A program made the translations under genes and the position numbers. 64,000 bases of DNA, taken from NCBI GenBank assembly GCA_047285805.1, contig JBJBCN010000002.1, positions 1,328,347 through 1,392,346 of the forward strand. Reading direction: 5' to 3'. A model generated the notes under the pieces. It saw only the letters and a list, made by a program, of their open reading frames with translations. It was not told the origin of the DNA and did not search any database. Source of the DNA: Synechococcus sp. (GTDB taxonomy: Bacteria > Cyanobacteriota > Cyanobacteriia > PCC-6307 > Cyanobiaceae). Of this stretch, positions 37,974-47,405 are shown piece by piece (position 1 is the stretch's first letter; every line of letters begins with the position of its first letter).

Positions 37974-39080
37974 ATGCTGGCACGATCAAGCACCGCCGCC
38001 CTGGTCGGGATCGAGGCCTATCCCGGCCATGTGGAGGTGGATCTCGCCACCGGCCGGCCTGCTCTGGTCATCGTCGACCTAGCCGATGCGGTCGTTCAGG
38101 AATCCCGGGAGCGGGTGCGCTCAGCCCTGCGCAAAAGCGGGCTGGGGCTGCCGCTCTCGCGAGTGGTCGTCAGCCTGGCGCGAGCTTACCGCCGCAAGCA
38201 GGGGCCCAGCTTTGATCTCCCCATCGCCCTAGCCCTGGCCTGAGCGAGTGGACAACTACAACCCGAGCAACTCGAGGGGATCTGGTGCTGCGGCGAACTC
38301 GGCCTCGATGGCCAGCTACGGCCCATCCGCGGGGCCCTCTTGATCGCTCTGGGCGCGCACGAGTCCGGAGTCCGGGTCCTCCTGGTCCCCGAGACCAATG
38401 GGCCGGAAGCCGCTTTGGTGGAGGGGCTTGAGGTTCGGCCGGCCGGCAGCTTGAACGAAGACTTCGAGGCCCTGCAGCCGAGCCACACCCCCAAGCCGCT
38501 GCCGGCTCAAGGTCCCCTCCAAGCGCCAGGGGCACGCCCGTCGATTGCGGGACGTGCACGGCCAGCCCAACGGCCGCCGTGCCTTGAAAATCGCCGCGGC
38601 AGGGGGCTATCGCCTCCTGCTCGTGGACCCGCCCGGCAGCTGCTCCAGCGCCAAACGCCAACGCTACTGGGGACGCCTCTCAGGCCCCTTGCTCAATCGC
38701 ATTGACCTGAAGGTGGTCATGCGGCGGGTTCCGGCGACGATCCTGCGGTAGGGCTATGGAGCAGGCCGCCGCCTCGCGTCCCCGGAATCCACGGGCTGCG
38801 TCGCCCAGCGAATCCAGCAGGCACGGGCGCGGATGGTCCAGCGCAATCCCCCAGGGATCAACAACCACAGCTGAGCGCACGCGATCAGCGCGAGGGTGCT
38901 CAGCTGGTCCCAGACGGGCTCAGCCTCTGGGAGCAGGTCATGGCGGCGCGGGCCCTGTCCACCCGCAGCGGTCAACATCTGCTGAGCGTGGCCCGAATCA
39001 TTGCCGATCTCGATGGCACAGCGCAGGTCGGGACCCTAGCGGTGGCCGAAGCCCTCACCTACCGCAGCTTTACGCCCTAG
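37974..39080 (+). pseudogene. comM: ComM/YifB Mg-chelatase-like ATPase pseudogene
   Basis: ESRERVRSAL, FDLPIAL, GELGLDG and RLSGPLL.RIDL recognisable; stop at 38241, frameshifts, central AAA region deleted. Confidence 0.88.
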
Positions 39081-39220
39081 TGCTTGTGGGGAGGTGTATC
39101 GCGGTAAGGCTGCACGCCCACGTTGGGGGGCTGGTGCTGGCGCTCTTCGAGCGGATTGCCAAAGGCATTGCCCACGCTTTTGCCAAACCAGCGGTTGATG
39201 GCATTGAACAACTGCTTCAC
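39077..39220 (-). CDS. Small hypothetical protein (47 aa)
   Basis: MKQLFNAINRWFGKSVGNAFGNPLEERQHQPPNVGVQPYRD...; co-oriented downstream of rpsU. Confidence 0.5.
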   Translation of the reverse strand: MKQLFNAINRWFGKSVGNAFGNPLEERQHQPPNVGVQPYRDTPPHKH

Positions 39221-39322
39221 AGCGCACCTCGATGGAGACCTTCACCATCATTGGTAGCCATGAAAAAACGGGAATCAGTGTTTCTACCGATTCCCGCTGA
39301 AAGGTTGGGCTGAAGCCGAAGC

Positions 39323-39493
39323 TCAGCGGCGGCGGCGGCGCTGCTGGGCCTTGCGCTTGTACTTCTCTACGGGAGTCTCGTGGTGACGCAGACGCTTGAG
39401 ATCGGCAAAGATCCCGGCCTTGGAGACCTGGCGCTTGAAACGGCGCAGCGCCGACTCAATGCCCTCGTTCTCGCCGACGGTGACCTGGGTCAT
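39323..39493 (-). CDS. rpsU: 30S ribosomal protein S21 (absent from the ORF track)
   Basis: [41 protein letters not shown]. Confidence 0.96.
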   Translation of the reverse strand: MTQVTVGENEGIESALRRFKRQVSKAGIFADLKRLRHHETPVEKYKRKAQQRRRRR

Positions 39494-39570
39494 AAAACCG
39501 ATCTAAGAATTTTGCAGTTTGAAGATGATACCAAGCGCTCTTCACCCAATCCCCCGCGAGGGGGAGGGGA

Positions 39571-40188
39571 TCACCAAAGACCAGGGACAGCGGGATCCAT
39601 AGCGGGCTGATCACCGGTCGGAGCGGGCTGCTCAGCCACCGGCCAGCTTTCCCTAAAGATGTAGATGTGACCGAGGTTCCGTCCACCGAACTGACGGCGC
39701 ATCAGCTTCCAGCCGGGTTCGGGCTGCAGAAGAAGGTAGTCGGTGTTTTTGTTATGGCCGCCGGTGCGGGCAATAACCATCTCCGGGCCGGCGCTGGGCT
39801 TTGAGGGGAAGGCCATCAGAACGTTGTCGCCCTTCTCCCGCACCACGCTGATGCGGTAAATACTGGCCAGGTCGTCCTCGCCCACCCGCAGGGAATAGCC
39901 GTTGCCGTCGATGTAGCGGCTACAGATCCCCGTGAAGTCAAAGCTGGAAAGCAGGGGGTCGACCTTCACCGGCCCCTCCTCCACCAAGGCGAAACAAGGA
40001 CGGGTGTCCTTGCGTTGTTCGTAGATATTCAGCTGGGCCCGCTCGCCTGTTCCAATCGGGGCAGCGACGATGACGAACCTGGTCTGATCGACCTCTACAG
40101 CTTCAAACAACGCTTTGGCCTGCACGGGCGCAGCTATCAGGCTTGCGACCGGAAGCAGGGCAGCCAGGGTTCGGACCAGAGAAAACAC
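39571..40188 (-). CDS. DUF3747-like secreted protein
   Basis: LNIYEQ, DPLL..FDFTGIC.RYIDGNGYSLR. Confidence 0.8.
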   Translation of the reverse strand: MFSLVRTLAALLPVASLIAAPVQAKALFEAVEVDQTRFVIVAAPIGTGERAQLNIYEQRKDTRPCFALVEEGPVKVDPLLSSFDFTGICSRYIDGNGYSLRVGEDDLASIYRISVVREKGDNVLMAFPSKPSAGPEMVIARTGGHNKNTDYLLLQPEPGWKLMRRQFGGRNLGHIYIFRESWPVAEQPAPTGDQPAMDPAVPGLW

Positions 40189-40247
40189 AGAGTCGCTTCA
40201 GTTGGCAGGGGCTGATCGTAAAAGTGATCGGCAGCGGCGCCAGTCCC

Positions 40248-40445
40248 TCAGGCCGGCTTGTTGATCCGAATGGCCACCAACAGGCTGATCAACGTGCCAG
40301 GCAGGGACAGGCCAAGGATCGTGCCGGTGGCGGTCACCCCCAGCTCGGGGTCGCCGTAGGCCAACTCAAATACTGATCCGGTAGCGGCAATACCCAAAAC
40401 GCAGGCCAAGGCAAGGAAGAGTCCCGCTAGGGGTTTCATCGGCAT
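40248..40445 (-). CDS. Small membrane protein
   Basis: Two TM helices, GSVFELAYGDPELG. Confidence 0.7.
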   Translation of the reverse strand: MPMKPLAGLFLALACVLGIAATGSVFELAYGDPELGVTATGTILGLSLPGTLISLLVAIRINKPA

Positions 40446-40455
40446 AACGAATGGC

Positions 40456-41058
40456 TCAGGCGATGGTATGGACGTCGGAGCGGTCAAACCCCTTTTCTTT
40501 CAAACCCTCGAGGAGCTTCTCATCGTCGGTAACCCGATCCACAAAGAGAACCCCGTTGAGATGGTCCATCTCGTGCTGGATGCAGCGGGCCATCAGGCCA
40601 TCGGCCTTCATCCGCTTGGGGCGGCCGAAGGCATCCCGGTAGCTCACATCCACCACGCTGGGGCGAACCACATCCAGGTAAACGCCGGGGATGCTCAGGC
40701 AACCCTCTTCATAGGTGCACAGGCCACCGCCCACGGAGGTGATCTCCGGGTTGATCAACACCAGGGGAGGGCTATTAGGGTCATCCAGCTCCAAGTCGAT
40801 CACCAGCAGCTGTTGGTTCACACCAATCTGCGGAGCAGCAAGGCCAATGCCTTTGGCGGCGTACATGCTCACCAGCATGTCGGTGGCCAGCTTGCGGACC
40901 GCGTCATCAACCTTGCCGATGCGCCGCGCCGGCTCCCGCAGGGCCTCATCACCCAGCTTGTGGATTTCGAAGGGAGGATTCTCGATGGGCTCCTTGGACA
41001 CCTGCAGGCGTCCAGAGAGCTCAGCCGAGCGCGCCAACTTGGCGAAGCTATTGGCCAA
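40456..41058 (-). CDS. def: Peptide deformylase
   Basis: GIGLAAPQ, EGCLS, QHEMDH. Confidence 0.97.
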   Translation of the reverse strand: MANSFAKLARSAELSGRLQVSKEPIENPPFEIHKLGDEALREPARRIGKVDDAVRKLATDMLVSMYAAKGIGLAAPQIGVNQQLLVIDLELDDPNSPPLVLINPEITSVGGGLCTYEEGCLSIPGVYLDVVRPSVVDVSYRDAFGRPKRMKADGLMARCIQHEMDHLNGVLFVDRVTDDEKLLEGLKEKGFDRSDVHTIA

Positions 41059-41117
41059 GACGTGTCCTCAACAGCGTTGCAAACAGCGATTCTAGGAGGC
41101 CTGATCTGCATGTTCCG

Positions 41118-43010
41118 TTGAGCCTGACCCCTCCAGCCACGCTCACTCCCCTCTCCGCCGAACTGGTGCTGGGGAAAACTCCCAGCCTCAAGGAGCCTGC
41201 GCTGTTGGGTGGGGCGCTCTATTGGCTGGAGCAGCGGCCGCACGAACAGGGACGCACCACCTTGATGGGGCGATCGACCCCAGGGCAGGAGGCCCGCGAA
41301 TACACCCCAGGGAGCTGGAATCTGCGCTGCCGGGTCCATGAGTACGGCGGCGGCGCCTGTGCGATCGGCCGCCGAGCTAACGGAGAGGCCGTGGCGGTGT
41401 TTGTCCATGACGCTGACGGCAGCCTCTGGCGCCTGAATCTCGATCAAGTCGGGGCCGAACCGCAGCGGCTGGGGGATCGCTTCGAGGGAGCCCTGGGGGG
41501 CGGCCTGATCGACCCGCAGCAGGACCGCTGGATCGGCGTTCTCGAGCGCGATGGCCGCGACCAGTTGGTGGCCCTGCCCCTGGCCGGCGGGGAACTCCAT
41601 CTGCTGTATCAAGCCGCCGACTTCTGCGGCTACCCCGCCCTGAGCCCCGATGGAACGCGACTGGCCTGGGTGGAGTGGCAGCAACCGAGCATGCCCTGGG
41701 ACCGCAGCAGCCTCTGGCTGGCGGAGGTCAATGGCGCCGGTCCGATCAGCCGGGCCCAACGGGTGGCAGGAGCCTCCCCCGAGGACGCCCAAGCGATTTC
41801 GGTCTTTCAACCCATCTGGGCGGGGCACGACCTGGTGGTCGCCAATGACCGCAGCGGCTTTTGGAATCTGGAGGGCTGGTCCGGCGCCGCTCAGGCGCCC
41901 CTGGAGACGCACAAATGGGCCCCCTTGTTGACGCTGGAGGCCGAGTTCGCGATGCCCCAGTGGGTGTTTGGCATGAGCACCCACGCCTGGGATGGAGAAC
42001 GGCTGCTGGCCATCGCCTGCCGCCAGGGCCGTTGGGAACTCGGCGAAGTCACCGGCGAAACATGGCAACCGATCGAGCAACCCTGCAGCGACCTGGCGGG
42101 ACTCTGCGCCGAAGCCGGAAAGCTGGCCTGCATCGCCAGTAGCCCAACCCATCCCTCGGGCCTGCTGGAGGTCGCGCTGGAGGGCGGCCAATGGAGCCAT
42201 CGCGCCGCGGCCCCCTGCCCGATCGCCCCGGAGGCCATCAGCCAGCCCGAAGAACTGTGGTTTGACGGCCATGGCGGCCAGCCCACTCAGGCCTGGTACT
42301 ACCCGCCCGCCGGAGGCGGCCACAGTGAGGCGCCGCTGCTCGTAAAGAGCCACAGCGGCCCCACCGCGATGGCCCGCACCGGTCTGAATCTGGCCATCCA
42401 GTTCTGGACCAGCCGCGGCTGGGGGGTGGTCGACGTGAACTACGGCGGGTCCACGGGCTTTGGCCGGGCCTACCGCGAACGGCTCAACGGTCAGTGGGGT
42501 GTGGTCGATGTCGCCGACTGTGCCGCCGCGGCCCAGGCCGTGATCGACCAAGAGCAGGCCCACCCGGAGCGGGTGGCGATCGAGGGGGGCAGCGCCGGCG
42601 GCTTTACGACCCTGGCAGCCCTCTGTTTCACAGACCGCTTCAGTGCTGGAGCGAGCCGCTACGGAGTGGCCGATCTGAGCGCCCTCGCAGAGGACACCCA
42701 CCGCTTTGAGGCCCGCTACCTCGATGGCCTCGTGGGTCCGTGGCCGGACGTGCGCGCCAACTATGCGAACCGCTCTCCCTTAAACCATGCCGAGCGGATG
42801 AGCTGCCCGGTGATCTTCTTCCAGGGGCTCGAGGACGTCGTGGTGCCCCCCGAGCAAACCGAGCGGATGGCAGAAGCCCTCCGCGAGAAGGGCATCCCCG
42901 TGGAGGTGCGCCTCTTTCCAGAAGAGGGCCACGGGTTCCGGAAAGGCAGCACCCAGATCGAGGTGCTAGAGGCCACGGAAGCCTTCTTCCGAACGCACTT
43001 CGCCCTCTGA
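41118..43010 (+). CDS. S9 family peptidase
   Basis: GGSAGG nucleophile motif, D.VV, EGHGF. Confidence 0.92.
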   Translation: MSLTPPATLTPLSAELVLGKTPSLKEPALLGGALYWLEQRPHEQGRTTLMGRSTPGQEAREYTPGSWNLRCRVHEYGGGACAIGRRANGEAVAVFVHDADGSLWRLNLDQVGAEPQRLGDRFEGALGGGLIDPQQDRWIGVLERDGRDQLVALPLAGGELHLLYQAADFCGYPALSPDGTRLAWVEWQQPSMPWDRSSLWLAEVNGAGPISRAQRVAGASPEDAQAISVFQPIWAGHDLVVANDRSGFWNLEGWSGAAQAPLETHKWAPLLTLEAEFAMPQWVFGMSTHAWDGERLLAIACRQGRWELGEVTGETWQPIEQPCSDLAGLCAEAGKLACIASSPTHPSGLLEVALEGGQWSHRAAAPCPIAPEAISQPEELWFDGHGGQPTQAWYYPPAGGGHSEAPLLVKSHSGPTAMARTGLNLAIQFWTSRGWGVVDVNYGGSTGFGRAYRERLNGQWGVVDVADCAAAAQAVIDQEQAHPERVAIEGGSAGGFTTLAALCFTDRFSAGASRYGVADLSALAEDTHRFEARYLDGLVGPWPDVRANYANRSPLNHAERMSCPVIFFQGLEDVVVPPEQTERMAEALREKGIPVEVRLFPEEGHGFRKGSTQIEVLEATEAFFRTHFAL

Positions 43011-44395
43011 TGGACGCGCTTCTGCCGGGACTCTGGGGCCCTGATCTCTTCGATGGGATCAGCTGGCTGGTCCTGGCCGGAGGCGTTCTGGCCGGAATCC
43101 TGGCGACCGGTCGGGCCATCGGCCGGCGGCTGCAGCTGCAGCTCTGGGGCATTCCCGAGGCCTTGGTGGCCGGTGTCTTGGGCCTGCTGGTGGCCCCCAA
43201 GGGCCCCTTCCCGCTACTGCCCGAGCACCTGATGGAGCTCTGGGCGCAGCTGCCCTTGGTACTGCTCACCTTGGTCTTCGGCTCCTTGATGCTCGGCAAA
43301 CCCCTGCCCAAGCTCGCGGGGGTGCTCAAGCCGGTGGGCGGCCACGTCGCACTCGCCTTGGTCCTGGCCTTCGGTCAGTACGTCGTGGCGGGGTTGGTGG
43401 TGCTGCTGGTGCTGCACCCCCTGCTGGGCTTCAGCCCGGTAATGGCATGCCTGATCGAGGTGGCCTTTGAAGGCGGCCATGGCGCCGCCGCGGCCATGGG
43501 GGCAAGCTATGCGGCCCTGGGATTCGAGAGCGGCCAAGACCTCGGGCTCGCCCTGGCGACGGTGGGGCTGCTCTCCTCGACATTGATCGGGGGCTTGGTG
43601 GTGGTGCTCGGGCGCTCCCGAGGTTGGCTGGTGGCGGATCTCGCCCCAGAGGCGATCCAGCCCCCCGCGACGCCAACAGGGACCCGCGACGGTCCAGGAC
43701 ATCCGCTGGCCGCGTGGCTCTGCAACCTCGGCCTGGTGGGCCTCGCCGTTGGCGTTGGCTGGATTCTGCAACTGCTGCTGCGACAGCTGACCGGCTGGAT
43801 CGGAGGCGGGGTGGCCACGGTGGGACAGGCCCTGCCAGTGTTTCCGCTGGCGATCCTGGGGTCCCTGCTGGTGCGCTGGCTGCTGCAGCGCAGCGGGCGC
43901 AGCCAATGGGCGTCCGCAACGATACAAAGCGAAGTCAGCACCCTGGCCGCCGATCTGCTGATCGCTTCGGCCACCGCCGGGCTCAATCTGGAACTTCTGC
44001 AGGCCAACTGGCTACCGATCAGCCTGCTGGCAGGGGCTGGCTTGGCCTGGAACCTCCTGATCAGTCTTTGGCTGGCCCCCAAGCTGCTGCCGAAGGACTG
44101 GTTTGAGCGGGCCCTGGTGGAATTCGGCCAGGCCACCGGCGTGGCCGCCTCGGGCCTGCTGCTGCTGCGCATGGCGGATCCGGAGGCCCACAGCGACGCC
44201 CTCCCAGCCTTCTCGCTAAAGCAATTGCTACTACAACCCCTGCTCTCGGGCGGGGTGATCACCGTGGTGGCCCCCCTGGCCGTGGCGGGCTGGGGGCTGC
44301 CGCTCTGGACCCTGGTCTGCGCCGGGGTGATGCTGCTGGCCGCGGGCGCGGGCCTCTGGATCGCTCAGCTGCAGGAGCTCGAGGAGGCCCGGTAG
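43010..44395 (+). CDS. Sodium/glutamate symporter (GltS family)
   Basis: FEGGHG, GQATGV, multi-TM; TGATG coupling. Confidence 0.85.
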   Translation: MDALLPGLWGPDLFDGISWLVLAGGVLAGILATGRAIGRRLQLQLWGIPEALVAGVLGLLVAPKGPFPLLPEHLMELWAQLPLVLLTLVFGSLMLGKPLPKLAGVLKPVGGHVALALVLAFGQYVVAGLVVLLVLHPLLGFSPVMACLIEVAFEGGHGAAAAMGASYAALGFESGQDLGLALATVGLLSSTLIGGLVVVLGRSRGWLVADLAPEAIQPPATPTGTRDGPGHPLAAWLCNLGLVGLAVGVGWILQLLLRQLTGWIGGGVATVGQALPVFPLAILGSLLVRWLLQRSGRSQWASATIQSEVSTLAADLLIASATAGLNLELLQANWLPISLLAGAGLAWNLLISLWLAPKLLPKDWFERALVEFGQATGVAASGLLLLRMADPEAHSDALPAFSLKQLLLQPLLSGGVITVVAPLAVAGWGLPLWTLVCAGVMLLAAGAGLWIAQLQELEEAR

Positions 44396-45042
44396 AGCAG
44401 GGTGAGGAACTGGTGGCGCACCTGCTCCATCTGCTCAGCACTCAGCAACGGCGGCTCGCCAAGGGCGAGAGCCTGCAGGTAGATCCGCGCCAGGGTTTCA
44501 ACCTCGACGGCGAGGGCGAGAGCTTTGTCGAGGGTGGGGCCCACCGCGACTTGACCGTGCTGAGCCATCAGGCAAGCCAGCCGTCCCTCGAGGGCTTGGA
44601 CCACCCCATCGGAGAGCTCCTGGGTTCCAAAGGTGGCGTAGGGGGCGCAGCGGATGTCATGGCCGCCGGCCACCGCCGTCATGTAGTGGAAGGGAGGGAT
44701 ATCGCGGCCATGGCAAGCCAGGGCGGTGGCGTGGATGGAGTGGCAGTGCAGCACCGCCTGCACCTCTGGGCGGCTGTCCAGGACATCGGCATGCAGGCGC
44801 CACTCCGAGGAGGGCCGGCGCTGAGGACGGCCATCGGCGGGTATGAAGAGGGGCTCCCCCTTGAGATCAAGCGCCACCAAGTCGGTGGGCTGCATCTGCT
44901 CGTAGGGCAGGGAGCTGGGGGTGATCAGCATCCCGCCGGGGATGCGCACCGAGAGGTTGCCAGAGGTGCCCTGGTTAATCCCGCTGGCCTGCATGCGACG
45001 TGCGCAGTCGACCAGTTGCTCGCGCAGATCCAGATCAGACAT
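44365..45042 (-). CDS. Class II aldolase (FucA/Ald2-like)
   Basis: GTSGNLS, PSSEWRLH, HCH, HG metal ligands. Confidence 0.88.
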   Translation of the reverse strand: MSDLDLREQLVDCARRMQASGINQGTSGNLSVRIPGGMLITPSSLPYEQMQPTDLVALDLKGEPLFIPADGRPQRRPSSEWRLHADVLDSRPEVQAVLHCHSIHATALACHGRDIPPFHYMTAVAGGHDIRCAPYATFGTQELSDGVVQALEGRLACLMAQHGQVAVGPTLDKALALAVEVETLARIYLQALALGEPPLLSAEQMEQVRHQFLTLLYRASSSSCS

Positions 45043-46123
45043 CGGCGTAGAGCTCCTGGAGCCCCTCCGCGCTGGCGGCGACGACGCCGCGCTCGGTGAT
45101 TAAGGCCGTCACCAGGAGGGCCGGGGTGACATCAAAGGCGGGGTTAAAGCCAGGGCTGCAATCGGGGCTGAGCCGCACGCTGGTGATCAACCCATCGGGG
45201 CAGCGGCCCTGGATGTGGGTGACCTCCTCGGGGCTGCGGGCCTCGATCGGAATCTCGGCCACCCCGTCATCGATCTGCCAGTCGATCGTGGAGGCCGGCA
45301 GGGCGACATAGAAGGGGACGTTGTTGTCGCGCGCCGCCAGGGCCTTGAGGTAGGTCCCGATCTTGTTGCAGACATCGCCGCGGCGGGTGGTGCGGTCGGT
45401 GCCGACGATCACGGCATTCACCTGACCGTGCTGCATGAGGTGCCCGCCGGCGTTGTCGACGATGACGGTGTGGGGGACCCCTTCGCGGCCAAGCTCATAG
45501 GCGGTCAACGAGGCGCCCTGGTTGCGAGGGCGGGTCTCATCGACCCAGACGTGAATGTCCAGGCCAGCGCGATGGGCTTTGTAAATCGGCGCGAGGGCGG
45601 TGCCCCAATCGACGGTAGCCAGCCAACCGGCATTGCAGTGGGTGAGGACGTTGAAGGTCTTGCCCGGCCGAGCCGCGGCCAGCTCCTGAAAGATCGCGAG
45701 GCCGTGGTCACCGATGGCCTCACACATGGCCACGTCCTCATCTGCGATGGCTGCCGCTTCGGCTTGGGCCGCCTCGGCCCGCTGCTCGGGGGCCAGCGGT
45801 GCGACACGATCCCGGACCCGCTCGAGGGCCCAGCGAAGGTTCACGGCCGTGGGGCGGGTGGCATTGAGTTGCTCAAAGGCGGCCGCCAGAGCGGCATCGC
45901 TGGGGTCAGCCTGCAGGGCGAGCATCAGGCCGTAACCCCCGGTGACCCCGATCAGGGGGGCACCGCGAACAACCATCGTACGAATGGCCGCGGCGGCTTC
46001 ATCGCAGCTGCTCAGGCTGCGGGTGGTGAAGCGGTGGGGCAGCAGGGTCTGATCGATGACCCCGACCGAGCGACCACCCTCTTCAAGCCAGATGGTACGC
46101 CAGGCCTGGCCGTCGATGTTCAT
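45035..46123 (-). CDS. mtnA: Methylthioribose-1-phosphate isomerase
   Basis: VRGAP, RPTAVNL, THCNAG, ETRP, NKIGT. Confidence 0.95.
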   Translation of the reverse strand: MNIDGQAWRTIWLEEGGRSVGVIDQTLLPHRFTTRSLSSCDEAAAAIRTMVVRGAPLIGVTGGYGLMLALQADPSDAALAAAFEQLNATRPTAVNLRWALERVRDRVAPLAPEQRAEAAQAEAAAIADEDVAMCEAIGDHGLAIFQELAAARPGKTFNVLTHCNAGWLATVDWGTALAPIYKAHRAGLDIHVWVDETRPRNQGASLTAYELGREGVPHTVIVDNAGGHLMQHGQVNAVIVGTDRTTRRGDVCNKIGTYLKALAARDNNVPFYVALPASTIDWQIDDGVAEIPIEARSPEEVTHIQGRCPDGLITSVRLSPDCSPGFNPAFDVTPALLVTALITERGVVAASAEGLQELYADV

Positions 46124-46171
46124 GGCTGCTGCCCGCGCAAAGGACTGCACCGATCATCCCCTCCAGCCCCC

Positions 46172-46717
46172 TCAGATCGGGCGATAGCCCTGCCAATCGG
46201 GCACCTGGGGCGGGCTGAATCCCGCCGGATCGTGGCTGAGCTGCACATGCCAGCGCTCACCGCCGAGCAGGTCCAACTGCTCGAGGGCCAGGCAGTTATC
46301 GACCGCACAGAGGTCGTCCTTGTGTTGCTGCAGGGCGCCCTGGAGCCACTGGCGTTTCGCCAGGGCCTTGGCCGCCTTGGGGCTGCGGGCCACCACAAGA
46401 CCGAACTGGTGGAGTTCCGCGAGGGAGTCCGGGCGGTAGGCGCCCAGGTTGACGAACCAGAGCTTCTCGGGCCGGGGCGCGGCGGGCTCGAGCCCCAAGC
46501 TCACCGTCCAGCCATCGATCGATCGCACCGCCATGTAGGCATCCACGTGCAGGCCCTCAAGCCTCCCGAACCACTGGCGCTTGAGCTCCGGGATGGTGGC
46601 ATCGAGGCTCGATCCAGCCACAAAGCGGACGTCATGGAGCTCGATCAGGCTGGAGGCGGTGCGCCCACCGAGGACCACCAGAAATAGGGTTGGGGCGCTG
46701 GGAGATGGCGGCGTCAT
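46172..46717 (-). CDS. DUF1543-like protein
   Basis: LGG...IELHDVRFV, KLWFVNLGAY, HKDD. Confidence 0.8.
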   Translation of the reverse strand: MTPPSPSAPTLFLVVLGGRTASSLIELHDVRFVAGSSLDATIPELKRQWFGRLEGLHVDAYMAVRSIDGWTVSLGLEPAAPRPEKLWFVNLGAYRPDSLAELHQFGLVVARSPKAAKALAKRQWLQGALQQHKDDLCAVDNCLALEQLDLLGGERWHVQLSHDPAGFSPPQVPDWQGYRPI

Positions 46718-47405
46718 GGACCTGTTTCAGCAGCAATGGGCCACCTACCGGGCCGTACTCGATCACGACCTGATGGAGCACCAGGCCATGAGTGAGGTCT
46801 GCGGGCAGCAGCTGCGGCAGTGCTGCGCAGAAGCCGAGCCCCCCAGATTGGTGGATTTAGGCTGTGGCGATCTTGCCTTGCTGGCGCCGCTGCTGCGGGA
46901 ACTGCCGTTGGCGAACTACACCGGCCTGGATCTCAGCGCCCAGGTGCTGCCCCTGGCGCAGGCGGCCCTGGAGGGGGCGCCTTATCCCCGCCGTTGGATC
47001 GCCGGCGACATGCTGAGCTGGGCCTGCGAGCCCGGTGGGACCGCCGTGGACGTCATCCACACCAGCTACGCGGTGCACCACCTCCAGGACGCCGAGAAAG
47101 CGCAGTGGCTCGATGGCTGCCGCCGTCGCATCGCCCCGGGCGGGTACTTGATCTGGATCGATGTCTTCCGCGAGACCGGGGAGAGCCTCTCGGACTACCT
47201 GGCCCGCTACGAGACGAGGGTTGAGCGCTGGAGCGACCTCAGCCCGAAGCAACGCCAGGCGGTCCTGGGGCACATCCAGCGTTTTGACCGTCCCGCCGAA
47301 CGGGGCCCCATTGAATCGACCGCGGCGGCCGCCGGCTGGTCATGGCATTGGGCCTGGCGAGGGAGCCACCGCGCCGAGGCCATGGCCGTGCTGAGACCGG
47401 CCTAG
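46716..47405 (+). CDS. Class I SAM-dependent methyltransferase
   Basis: VDLGCGD, YTGLDLS, YAVHHL. Confidence 0.85.
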   Translation: MDLFQQQWATYRAVLDHDLMEHQAMSEVCGQQLRQCCAEAEPPRLVDLGCGDLALLAPLLRELPLANYTGLDLSAQVLPLAQAALEGAPYPRRWIAGDMLSWACEPGGTAVDVIHTSYAVHHLQDAEKAQWLDGCRRRIAPGGYLIWIDVFRETGESLSDYLARYETRVERWSDLSPKQRQAVLGHIQRFDRPAERGPIESTAAAAGWSWHWAWRGSHRAEAMAVLRPA

